Assembly (NCBI GenBank): GCA_964615585.1
Contig: CAZTNS010000002.1
Location: 625-64,624, forward strand
Reading direction: 5' to 3'
Length of the DNA: 64,000 bases
From: an uncultured Bacteroidales bacterium
GTDB taxonomy: Bacteria; Bacteroidota; Bacteroidia; Bacteroidales; ML635J-15
Position numbers and translations under genes: made by a program. Under the pieces are notes generated by a model. It searched no databases. It had not been told where the DNA came from and worked only from the letters and a program-made list of their open reading frames with translations. Numbering within the stretch: the first letter of the stretch is position 1; the number at the start of each line of letters is the position of its first letter. Below, piece after piece: positions 23,391-33,008 of this stretch.

Positions 23391-25217
23391 ATGAAAAAAC
23401 CCGGCATTCTCATTATCCTTTTTGTTTTGGCTGTAATTGGATTACAGGCACAGGACAACGTAAAGTTTGAAGCCAAAGCAAAGTCCGTGGTGGAAGCAGG
23501 TGAAAATTTTTACCTGCAATATGAGATGAATAAGAAAGGGAAGAACCTGAATTTGCCTGACATGTCGCCATTCCGTGTTTTGAGCGGGCCATCGCAACAA
23601 ACTAGCTCAAGCACAAGCATTATAAACGGCGAAGTTAGCCATTCATACACATTTCGTTACACTTATGTGGTAAAAGCACCAGAAACCGGCACTTATGAAT
23701 TGGCTCCTGCCACAGTAAAGATTAACGGAAAAACCCATAAATCTAACAAACTGACCATCAATGTTGTCAAATCGGCCAACACACAAGCCCAAAGCAGCAG
23801 AGGCAGAAGCGGCAACATAAGCAGTCGTCAACCAGGCAGAAGCAATGCAACACAAGGGGAAAAACCATTTGCCCGTGTGCATGTAAATAAAACCACCGCT
23901 TACCAGGGAGAACCCATATATGCCCGGTTAAAACTATACCTGCCAGACAGAAACCTGGCTGGCTTCAGAGATATCAGTTTTCCTGATTTCAATGGCTTCT
24001 GGAGTGAAGATTTTAACATGCCAGAGCAAATTCAATTAAAAACAGAAAACTACAGTGGTAAAAACTATTGGGTTGCTGAACTGGCATCGTGGATATTATA
24101 TCCTCAACAATCCGGAAAACTAAGCATTGAAGGAGGCCAATATGACATTGTCTTGCGGGAGCGCGTTTCAGGCGGACAATCACGCAGCGTATTCGATTCA
24201 TTCTTCGGGCATTATGAAAATACAGAAAAATCGTTGACCAGCCCGCCAGTAAACATTAATATCCAAGCGCTACCTTCAGGAAAACCGACAGGATTCAACG
24301 GTGGTGTGGGGAATTTTAGTGTCAGCTCAGAAATATCTCATGACAGCATTGATGTCAATGATGCTTTTTCCATTCGGGTGCATATTTCCGGCACAGGCAA
24401 TCTTAATCTGCTGAACAATCCCGAACTGGAAATGCCGGATGTGTTTGAGATGTATGACCCTGAAGTTGAGTCAAATTATAAACAAACGGTTAACGGCAGC
24501 CGGGGAAGCATAGAATATGTCTATACCATCATCCCAAGGTACCCTGATGATTACACCCTGCCTGGCGTAAAAATTGCATGGTTTGACCCGGCAGCAGGGA
24601 CATACAAAACCTATCAATCGGAAAATTTTTACCTGCATGTTCGCCGCACTGAAGATTACGATGAAAGCAAGGTATCAAAAGAAACAGGTACTGACAAATC
24701 AGATATGATATCAACAGATATCCGGTTTCTTAAAGATATAGCATCATACAAGCAGCCGGTGATGATTGTGTTTAACACCAAAGCATTCTGGTTGTTTTAT
24801 CTTGTGCCGTTTTTTGTATTGATACTCATCATCATACTGCATCGTAAGCAAATTAAAGCCAGGGCAAACATCGCACAACAGCGAAACAGAAAAGCCAACA
24901 AGATGGCCATGCGGCGTTTAAAGAAAGCCAAAACGATGATGCAAAACGAGGATAAAGATTTCTACAATGAAACCATCAAAGCGTTGTGGGGATACGTTGC
25001 AGACAAACTTGATATGGAAACTTCCATGCTATCAAGGGAAAATGTATCAGATGCACTTCAGGAAAAAAATATACCTGAAGACTTAATTGACAAGCTTCTT
25101 GACATCATTGATGAATGTGAATATGCCCATTTCGCCCCCGCGGCTGATGATACCGAAAAACAGCGTATTTATTCAGATGCAGTTTCCCTGATAACTAAAC
25201 TGGAGCAAAAACTGTAA
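23391..25217 (+). CDS. batD: BatD-like aerotolerance operon protein
   Basis: 608 aa with a signal peptide. The N-terminus is BatD-typical (DNVKFEAKAKSVVEAGENFYLQYEMN). A TM helix lies near residue about 455, followed by a basic stretch and a C-terminal helical domain. Confidence 0.7.
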   Translation: MKKPGILIILFVLAVIGLQAQDNVKFEAKAKSVVEAGENFYLQYEMNKKGKNLNLPDMSPFRVLSGPSQQTSSSTSIINGEVSHSYTFRYTYVVKAPETGTYELAPATVKINGKTHKSNKLTINVVKSANTQAQSSRGRSGNISSRQPGRSNATQGEKPFARVHVNKTTAYQGEPIYARLKLYLPDRNLAGFRDISFPDFNGFWSEDFNMPEQIQLKTENYSGKNYWVAELASWILYPQQSGKLSIEGGQYDIVLRERVSGGQSRSVFDSFFGHYENTEKSLTSPPVNINIQALPSGKPTGFNGGVGNFSVSSEISHDSIDVNDAFSIRVHISGTGNLNLLNNPELEMPDVFEMYDPEVESNYKQTVNGSRGSIEYVYTIIPRYPDDYTLPGVKIAWFDPAAGTYKTYQSENFYLHVRRTEDYDESKVSKETGTDKSDMISTDIRFLKDIASYKQPVMIVFNTKAFWLFYLVPFFVLILIIILHRKQIKARANIAQQRNRKANKMAMRRLKKAKTMMQNEDKDFYNETIKALWGYVADKLDMETSMLSRENVSDALQEKNIPEDLIDKLLDIIDECEYAHFAPAADDTEKQRIYSDAVSLITKLEQKL

Positions 25218-25220
25218 ACT

Positions 25221-25982
25221 ATGAAACGATATATCCTTGTCAGCATATTATGTTTGAACCTTATCACAGCTAAGGCTGTCAATCCTGCAGACAGTGCGAA
25301 AGAAGCATACAACAACGGCAATTATGCCATAGCGGCTTCATTGTACGAGGAAATGCTGAAAGAACAACCACAAAATGCAGTGATTTATTACAACCTCGGA
25401 AACGCTTATTACAAAATGAATAAACCGGGTCCTGCCATTTTAAATTATGAACGTGCCCACAGGCTGAATCCCACAGATGAAGATATCCAACACAACCTAA
25501 AATTGGCTCATTCAAAGGTAAAAGGCCAAATGGAAAGCATGCCTGAGTTGTTTTTCATTGCCTGGCTGGATAAACTGAATACGTTGTTGAGTGTAAGAAC
25601 CTGGGCTGGTGTTAGCGTTGTATTGTTTCTGATGGCTATTGGATTCACGGCTTGGCGGTTGTTCCGGAAAAAACCGGGCGCACGTGCAGCACTTTCATCC
25701 ATAGCCATAACCAGCTTAGTGCTGAGTGGGATAAGCCTTGGGTTGGCTTTCAGGCTGGATAAGAAAATACACACCCCCAATGAAGCCATTGTATTTGAAG
25801 ACAGTTTAATAAAAAGCTCCCCATCTGAAACCGGCGTGAATTTGTTCGAAGTACACGAAGGCATTAAAGCTGAAGTACTTGACAGCCTGAACAATTACAT
25901 ACAAATCCGGTTACCTGATGGTAAAAAAGGGTGGATACGGAGCCGTAACATTGAGCATATCCGGCTGCATAAGAAAAATTAG
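25221..25982 (+). CDS. TPR plus SH3-domain protein (BatE-like)
   Basis: 253 aa. It has N-terminal TPR units (AIYYNLGNAYYKMNKPGPAILNYERAHRLNP), TM helices, and a C-terminal SH3-like segment (GKKGWIRSRNIEHI). It starts 4 nt after batD. Confidence 0.6.
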   Translation: MKRYILVSILCLNLITAKAVNPADSAKEAYNNGNYAIAASLYEEMLKEQPQNAVIYYNLGNAYYKMNKPGPAILNYERAHRLNPTDEDIQHNLKLAHSKVKGQMESMPELFFIAWLDKLNTLLSVRTWAGVSVVLFLMAIGFTAWRLFRKKPGARAALSSIAITSLVLSGISLGLAFRLDKKIHTPNEAIVFEDSLIKSSPSETGVNLFEVHEGIKAEVLDSLNNYIQIRLPDGKKGWIRSRNIEHIRLHKKN

Positions 25983-26081
25983 TATCCTAAAACAGAGTCA
26001 GACCTTCATTCACAAAAAAAATAAAGTTCACCTGCCTGACAGCGAGGCAGGAAATCCAAAAGCCTGCTTTTATTAGATACC

Positions 26082-28145
26082 CTATTTTATCATAAGTTTT
26101 TGGAAGGCCCCGTTTTCTCCGTCTATTTTAATAAAGTAGAGACCTTTGGCCATGTCCGGGGAGAACTCCAGGGTATGTTGACGTGTGTATGCCGGCAGAG
26201 TCAATGACTGTACCTTTTGCCCCGGGCTTTTATAAAGGTGAAGTTTTGTGTCTTTGATCAGGGGTTCCGGAAAGATAACGGTAACTTGAGATGCGGCAGG
26301 ATTTGGAAACACCTTCAGTTCCTGTTCTTCCTGGGTGCCTGCAATTACAATGGTCTTTGAGTATTCATACTGCCCGTCGTAGTCAACCTGCTTAAGCCGG
26401 TAGTACCAGGTTTCACTGTCAACATCTTTATCGGGAAACTCATAACTAACAACCTGATTGGTGTTGCCGGAGCCAATGGCTACCCCACGGGTGATAAAAT
26501 CTTCTCCAGTTTGGCTGCGTTGAATTACAAAATAATCGCTATTTATTTCTGTGGCTGTTGCCCAGTAAAGCATAATGTGCCCATTTTCAATCCGCTCTCC
26601 CGAAAAATAAAGCCAGCTGACCGGTAAAGGGTTATCTTCATCGGCTGCTGTCCAACGGCTAAATGAAGATACACCTGTAGCTGTGAGGGTATCTTCATCA
26701 TCATTCAAACTTCCGGATACGGATGACCATGTACTGCCATCATCATCTGACCGCCATAAACCTAAGGTTGATTTTTTAATAACGTCTGTCAGCTCACTGT
26801 CAAAAAACGCAAAATCCAAATCAACATTTAGGCCGGTAGTTGTTGCCGGCTCAATATCAAACCACCTTGCTATGCTTTTATTACCATTGGCTTCTTGTAT
26901 ATTGTGCCCCCGTGTTATCGTTGTTTCTCCAAGGGTTGTTTCGGATATTGTAAGCCGGACCCCAATATTGCCCAATTCATAGGTGTCAGTCGCATCTAAA
27001 GTTCTGGTAGTAACCACAGTGCCTGACTCTGAATGACTTACAATCCGGGAATCATTTGTCTCGTTTTCTATACTGGCAGTCGGATCAAGTGTAAGTACAT
27101 TCTCGTTGAGGTTCATATAGCCATTTTGTAAATCCAGTTCATTAGTGACAGTGATACTATTTCCCAGTTTCACATTATTGCGGTTGTCAATTGTCAGGTT
27201 TTCAACAGATGAAAAAGGGATATCCTGAGGTACACTTCCTGCAAATACAATCTCCCCATCCCCATCAACAGTGCCTGCACCCGTTGCTTCATTAATGATG
27301 GTTAGCTTAATTCCGCCGGCTATTGTTAATTCAGAATTGTTTGCTATAAATAGATCATATATTATGGCGTTTTCTGCATCCAGTATCGGATAAGCACCAT
27401 TGGTGTTATTTGGGATTCGTACTTCGGCGTTTTCTGCAGGCTTATTGGTTTGCTCAGTACCTTCTTCATCTTCCCAATTGCTGCCGGTTTCCCAATCTGT
27501 ATCACTGATATCACTTTTCCATACCCATATACCAGGCGGGTTATACGTATCCCTTAAAAACGGATAACCATTGTTGGTGCTTCCGTCAATATCCCATACG
27601 GTATTAAAATCCCAGCCGGCACCGGTAAAGGTAGTTTCATCTTTCATGTTGACCGGCCACCAGGCTGCCGCTGCCTCTTTTTCCGATTACATTAGCATCT
27701 TCTAAATGTAAATTGGTTATTTTGGCTCCTATGCCTATATGTCCAAATAGACCAACGTTGTCTTCATCATCCCTGCTGATATATAAATTGGTAATTATAT
27801 AACCCTGGCCATCATAGGAGCCGGTAAATTTGGTGCCGTTTCCAATCGGAGAAAAACCTTTCTGATCTTCTGCATCCCAGTCGGCCGTGCCATCCCCATC
27901 CCAGTCCACGTTCTCTTCATTGGCATCAAAAGTAACGTCAGCGGTTTGCTTAAATAAGCATTCCAATCACCCGATGTATTCGATAATTCAATCAAATCAT
28001 CTGTATCAGCGATCTGATAAGGAGTGGCTTCTGTTCCGCTACCGCCGGAATACGTTCCTGCTGTTAAGCTTGCTGAAATCATCAGCATCACGGTTAAAAA
28101 TAGTCCGTTTAATAAGTATCTTGTTTTCATTTTTATGGGTGCCAA
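26082..28145 (-). pseudogene. T9SS-sorted GLUG-motif surface protein, disrupted by two frameshifts
   Basis: Three consecutive minus-strand ORFs (27795-28145, 27637-27966, 26082-27647) read as one protein. They give a signal peptide, then the TEATPYQIADTDDLIELSN region, GLUG-like repeats, and a C-terminal T9SS type-A sorting domain (LKVFPNPAASQVTVIF...GLYFIKIDGENGAFQKLMIK). Frame changes lie near 27955 and near 27650. Confidence 0.7.
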
Positions 28146-28321
28146 TTTTAGTTTATAACTGCATTTTTATCCCCCAATAAATGGGGTAGAATTCGTTTAG
28201 AACATATTAAAGCCCAACTTGATCAAATTTAGCACTAAAAAACCAAACCGCTTTTTATATTGCCTTGTAAATATCAAATATTTTATCATAACAAAATAAT
28301 GTCCATGATGTTCATGTATTA

Positions 28322-28362
28322 GCCCCTGAAAAAAACTGACATAGTTATCAATACAAATAACA
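28322..28362 (+). repeat. third copy of the approx 40-nt IS-terminal-like motif with a TGACA-N4-T[GA]TCA palindrome
   Basis: GCCCCTGAAAAAAACTGACATAGTTATCAATACAAATAACA is compared with 19207-19248 and the reverse complement of 44407-44447. Similarity stops before the transposase-like ORF part. Confidence 0.55.
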
Positions 28363-28554
28363 TGGTGTCATGTCATTTTGAAAAAGCAATCAATTCCATT
28401 GAATGTTTTTTCACGTGCAGCACCCTCTATTCATATAACGTCAGCACGTTTTAATAATCAATTTTCAATGTAAACCATATCATTCCGGTTGTGGTGAACA
28501 AAACGCATGTTTTTGCGTTTTAAGGATGTACATGAACCTTTAAAATTATACGCT

Positions 28555-29175
28555 ATGATAAAAATGACTTTTTCGGGTATTGTAATGCTGACAGCAGTGT
28601 TATTCTCAGCTTGCAACGATACCGACCAACCATCTGAACAAAGCAAACCCCAAAAATCTGACAATATGAAAAAAGCAGCAGTATTAACCGGAGAAGGCTT
28701 CCAGGATGCAGAAGCGTACATGCCCATTGGCTACCTGACAAACCATGGTGTAAAAATCACGGTAATTGGGTCTGAAAAAAAAGAAGTTAAATCCTACAAC
28801 AGTGATTTCACCATCAAAATTCAGAAAACTGCAGAAGAGGTGTCGATTGAAGATTTTGATGTCCTGATTTTGCCTGGAGGCAAAGCACCTGCCAAACTAC
28901 GGGAAAACGAAGCCATTGTTAGCTTTGTTAAGGATTTTTACAACACGGGGAAACCGGTTGCAGCCATTTGCCACGCACCGCAAATACTTATCCGGGCAGA
29001 TGTGATGGAAGGAAAAACAGCCACCTCTTATAAAAGTGTCAAAGAAGAAATGATTGACGCTGGTGTAAACTATAAAGACGAAGCCCCTGTAATTGATGGT
29101 AACCTGATAACAGCCAGAAATCCCGGCGATCTTCCGGCATTTTGCGAGGCCATCATGTCAGCGCTTGAAAAATAA
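28555..29175 (+). CDS. DJ-1/PfpI family protein with lipoprotein-type signal
   Basis: The nucleophile elbow is AAICHAPQIL, with ...LILPGG... upstream. I place the start at MIKMTFSGIVMLTAVLFSACND (ATG 28555), which gives a lipobox-like LFSAC. The track start (28507) adds 16 non-signal residues. Confidence 0.8.
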   Translation: MIKMTFSGIVMLTAVLFSACNDTDQPSEQSKPQKSDNMKKAAVLTGEGFQDAEAYMPIGYLTNHGVKITVIGSEKKEVKSYNSDFTIKIQKTAEEVSIEDFDVLILPGGKAPAKLRENEAIVSFVKDFYNTGKPVAAICHAPQILIRADVMEGKTATSYKSVKEEMIDAGVNYKDEAPVIDGNLITARNPGDLPAFCEAIMSALEK

Positions 29176-29195
29176 CAACCATAAAAATAAGATTT

Positions 29196-29420
29196 ATGCC
29201 CCAGTATATTGGAAAATACCTGATATTGGCTGGTATAATATTAATCCTTGCAGGCATTATCATCCTGCTGTGCAGCAAATTCAATTTCCTGGGTAACCTT
29301 CCTGGTGACATCAGGATAAAACGTGATAATTTTACCTTGTATGCACCCATTACCACCATGATCTTAATCAGTGTGATATTGAGTTTTCTGCTGTGGTTGA
29401 TCTTTAAAATATTCAAATAA
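29196..29420 (+). CDS. small membrane protein (DUF2905-like)
   Basis: 74 aa with two hydrophobic helices flanking the conserved-looking LPGDIRIKRDNFTLYAP motif. Confidence 0.6.
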   Translation: MPQYIGKYLILAGIILILAGIIILLCSKFNFLGNLPGDIRIKRDNFTLYAPITTMILISVILSFLLWLIFKIFK

Positions 29421-29570
29421 TGATATTATCAGGGAAGCAACACAAGAGGTTCCTTATATTTTACTTGATATGTAAGTCCAATCTAAAAACTTGATGTCAT
29501 AGTGTGCTTAACTATTGCGACACTTAAATTTACCGCTCAGGATATCTGAAATTATAAAAATCCCTTTACT

Positions 29571-29720
29571 TCTTGTGATTTCGTGCAATCGCACAATCGT
29601 TCCCTCGTCCCTTATTGATGGTCTGCTAAACTTTAGCATAGAGCAATAAATGTTATGACTTTGTGCCTCTCTGCCTCCGCTAAAGCTTCACCGGACAAGT
29701 TTTGAGCTTTCCCTGCCCGT
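29571..29720. repeat. micro-repeat cassette remnant with the conserved core motif (copy 3)
   Basis: CTTGTGATTTCGTGCAATCGCACAATCGTTCCCTCGTCCC is a phased CGT/ATCG-type tract. It continues ...CTTTGTGCCTCTCTGCCTCC GCTAAAGCTTCACCGGACAAGTTTTGA (29679-29705), then a CCTGCC-CGTTC-GGCAGG hairpin. Confidence 0.65.
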
Positions 29721-29752
29721 TCGGCAGGCGGGCGGCTTTTCCACTTTAGGTT

Positions 29753-31732
29753 TTAGTCAAGCACCGGGTTGTAATCGTTTTTGATGACCCTGAATTCCGT
29801 CCGGCGGTTCATCTGGTTTGCAATTTCCTGTTGCTCTTCTGTCAGTTCTTCAACAAATTCAGGCTTTAGCACATCGCCTTTTTCCAGCCAATCGTAATCT
29901 TCGTGCTGGTCTTCGATAACAATGGGCTGGCTTTCACCGAAACCTTTTGTTTCGAGCCGGTTTTCTGAAATGCCTCTGCTTATAAGATAATCAGCCACGG
30001 CGTCTGCTCTTTTTTTACTAAGTTCCATATTATTTTCATCGGTTCCGACCATATCCGTATGTGCCGACAATTCAACCACAAGGTTGGGATTATTGTTAAG
30101 CAATTTTACAACACTGTCAAGTGAATGTTTGGCCATATCAGTAAGGTCAAAACTGGCAAATTCAAACTCAATATTTGGGATCTCAAAGGTTTTCCGGTAA
30201 TTCTCAAGTTGCACATGATGCTCAAAAGTGTAATCATAATACAATGTATCAGTTGTGATTCTGTCTTTACCATTAAAATAGCCATCTTTATGCACCACAT
30301 ACACATATTCGGTGTTGGGTTTCAGATCGAATGAAAAATAACCGGTTTCTGCATCCGTGGTATCCGTAAACATGGTTCCGTCAGAACCTATCAAATGAAC
30401 AACGGCACTATCAATGACAGCTTCGGTATCAACATCAGTAACAAAACCTTCCATGGCAAATTCCAAAGGTGGTTTCTCAAAGTAAAAGATATCCTCTCCT
30501 TTAGCTCCTGACCTGTCTGATGTAAAATATCCCTTATCATCATTTTTGTAATAATAAATACCAAAATCATTTCCCGGACTGGAGAAAGGCGGTTTCATGT
30601 TTTCCACTTTCCAGCGATAACGGCTTATCTTTTTTGCTTTGAACAAATCAAGTCCACCCATAGACGGGTGCTGCTGGCTGGCAAAAAACAAAGTGGAATC
30701 ATCCCGTACATAAGGAAAAAGCTCGTCATAGGGAGAATTTATTTCAGGGCCGGCATTTTTCGGAGCACTCCAGCTGCCCTCCTCTTGTTCTACAAACCAA
30801 ATATCGGAGCCACCATATCCACCCTGTTTGCGTGAAGCAAAATACAATCTGTTTTGATCCGGTGTAATACTGGGATGGCCAACCGAAACAGTATCCGGCA
30901 CAATGGGCACACGTTCAGGGTTTATCCATTCTGTCCCTGACTTAGATACTTTGTAAATCTGGCATCCTTTTTTTTTATTTTTCTCCACCTGGCAGGATGT
31001 AAAATACATCATGGCTCCGTCGCTTAAAAGACAGGGGGCACCCTCATCGTAAGGCGAATTCAGGGAATCCAATGGTTCCGGATCATCCCATTCTCCCTTC
31101 CTGTTTTTCTTTGATACAAACAGGTCTGAAAACCTGTTGCCTGTGATTTCTGAATTCTTTTTTCCGGTAACCCCTTTTCTGTTGGATGCAAAATACACAT
31201 GATCATACCCCTCTTTTTCAACCACTGAGGGTGTAAAATCGTTTTCACGCGTATTAAAATCCCTGACTGCCTTAACCTTAAACCGTGTTTTGATGTCTTT
31301 CCACTCCATGGCCAGTTTTGTCGCTTCTATCTTTTTCTGAAAGACACTGTCTTTTCCATTTATTTCCTCGTATTCATCATAAACTTCAAGGGCATCTTCA
31401 TATTTATCGGAAATACGATACACCTCGCCGAGTTGAAGATAGGCATCCCTGTTTTTTTCATCATACCGTATAACCCTGTGCAGATAGGTGCGGGCAAGCC
31501 TGTAATTTCCGGACAAATAATAAGCATTTCCCATTTTGTAATAAACAATGGTCTTTTCTTTCCTGCTATGCAATTTATCAAGCACAGATTTATATGCTTC
31601 TACAGCGCGGTTATACTCGCCGGCTTCATAAATAGCATTGGCACGTTTTAGTCGTCTTTCCTGAGCAGTGGCATCATGGGATATTACCATTGCCATCAAA
31701 ATTAATATATATGTCAGATGACGAAGATGCAT
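29753..31732 (-). CDS. OmpA-family protein with TPR, PD40/TolB-like repeats and carboxypeptidase-regulatory-like domain
   Basis: 659 aa. It has a signal peptide, TPRs, repeated INSPYDE...-type PD40 units, and a C-terminal OmpA_C region (SAHTDMVGTDENNMELSKKRADAVADYL...NRRTEFRV). Confidence 0.8.
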   Translation of the reverse strand: MHLRHLTYILILMAMVISHDATAQERRLKRANAIYEAGEYNRAVEAYKSVLDKLHSRKEKTIVYYKMGNAYYLSGNYRLARTYLHRVIRYDEKNRDAYLQLGEVYRISDKYEDALEVYDEYEEINGKDSVFQKKIEATKLAMEWKDIKTRFKVKAVRDFNTRENDFTPSVVEKEGYDHVYFASNRKGVTGKKNSEITGNRFSDLFVSKKNRKGEWDDPEPLDSLNSPYDEGAPCLLSDGAMMYFTSCQVEKNKKKGCQIYKVSKSGTEWINPERVPIVPDTVSVGHPSITPDQNRLYFASRKQGGYGGSDIWFVEQEEGSWSAPKNAGPEINSPYDELFPYVRDDSTLFFASQQHPSMGGLDLFKAKKISRYRWKVENMKPPFSSPGNDFGIYYYKNDDKGYFTSDRSGAKGEDIFYFEKPPLEFAMEGFVTDVDTEAVIDSAVVHLIGSDGTMFTDTTDAETGYFSFDLKPNTEYVYVVHKDGYFNGKDRITTDTLYYDYTFEHHVQLENYRKTFEIPNIEFEFASFDLTDMAKHSLDSVVKLLNNNPNLVVELSAHTDMVGTDENNMELSKKRADAVADYLISRGISENRLETKGFGESQPIVIEDQHEDYDWLEKGDVLKPEFVEELTEEQQEIANQMNRRTEFRVIKNDYNPVLD

Positions 31733-31937
31733 TTTATTAAAATCAGATGTACTAACGTTTCGAACACAGCTTTAGTATTTATATTCTTATCAAAAACAAA
31801 AACGGTCATTAGCATAAATCCGCCAGTGATTTAAAGTATTGGTCTATTTCTCAATAATACTTAAAAGCGGCAAAGTTAAAAAAGAATTTGTTTTTATGAT
31901 TTTATCCGGCTATATTCTGTTGGGATGCATTTTTAGT

Positions 31938-32867
31938 TTACCATTCATGTTTGATTCCGAAATGCCCCTGGAATATACCATACGTGTATATGTTAAGTTC
32001 GGGAATGTAAACCAGGTTGACACCTGGCCGTGCTTCAATAAACAGGTGCAATTCTTTCCAAAGGGATTTTTTATTGCCTATCCTGAAATCCAACCCCAAT
32101 GGAATATATGCTGCTCCACCGAGGTTCATTTTATGTGTATAATTCTCACTTTTGCGCACTTCAGGATCAAAATAACGATACGAATAGAAATTGGAACCGT
32201 TTTCATAACTGCCTTTCATATATTTTGATTTTTCATAAGAGATAGTGGAATATGCATTGATAGAAAATCCCGCATTGATGCCCGCACCTGCATAAAAAGT
32301 AAACCGTTTTGCAGGATCGCTCCTGTAAACAAAGTTCGCATCGATGCGAATCTGTTCAGAATAATAATTCATGTCGAATTCATGTTTTGTTACCGAATCC
32401 AAATAAATAACATTGTCTGTGATGCCGGACTGCAAAGTATCGTAAGGTTTTGTTTTCTCATGCCTGACATGCAATTCCTTATATTCTGAACTGTGATAGC
32501 TTAACCCCAAATTCAAGCTGGGTTTGGCACTGTTTTTTATGCCATGATCCGGGAAATCAAACCCCAAGATAAAAGATAAAGACCTGGTCATACTGTTGTA
32601 ATAATAGAAATTGCTCTGATCATCGTAATCAGGCAAATCAGACACAGCATTCACCAACGGGGAATCGGGGGCAAGCCTTTCAAATCCTTTCAGCGTTGCG
32701 CGGGTGAGTTTATCTTTATGCACTCCTGAAGAAACGGAAAAATTGCAAACATGAAAACGGAAGTCACGCTCATCCATTTCTACATTATCCGTTGTGTCCT
32801 GTGAAAATCCGGGGCTAATCAATACAATAGCCACAAAAACAATTAAACATCTTTTCTTCATAATCAT
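31938..32867 (-). CDS. hypothetical outer-membrane beta-barrel protein
   Basis: 309 aa with a signal peptide (...SPGFSQ). It has a beta-strand-like alternating pattern and an aromatic-rich C-terminus. Confidence 0.4.
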   Translation of the reverse strand: MIMKKRCLIVFVAIVLISPGFSQDTTDNVEMDERDFRFHVCNFSVSSGVHKDKLTRATLKGFERLAPDSPLVNAVSDLPDYDDQSNFYYYNSMTRSLSFILGFDFPDHGIKNSAKPSLNLGLSYHSSEYKELHVRHEKTKPYDTLQSGITDNVIYLDSVTKHEFDMNYYSEQIRIDANFVYRSDPAKRFTFYAGAGINAGFSINAYSTISYEKSKYMKGSYENGSNFYSYRYFDPEVRKSENYTHKMNLGGAAYIPLGLDFRIGNKKSLWKELHLFIEARPGVNLVYIPELNIYTYGIFQGHFGIKHEW

Positions 32868-32970
32868 CTGGTTTAAAGTATAAAGTTAAAAATAAATCCA
32901 TAATATCTATAGTTTTGAGTCATTTATTTGCTTTTCTAACAACGTATCATAGAAACTTAATACAAATGCT

Positions 32971-32978
32971 TACATTTG
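32971..32978 (+). promoter_or_regulatory. -7 promoter box candidate for the DEAD-box helicase gene
   Basis: TACATTTG matches TAnnTTTG about 30 nt upstream of the ATG at 33009. Confidence 0.35.
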
Positions 32979-33008
32979 TGTCCTATAAATACAGACCATA
33001 AACAAAAC

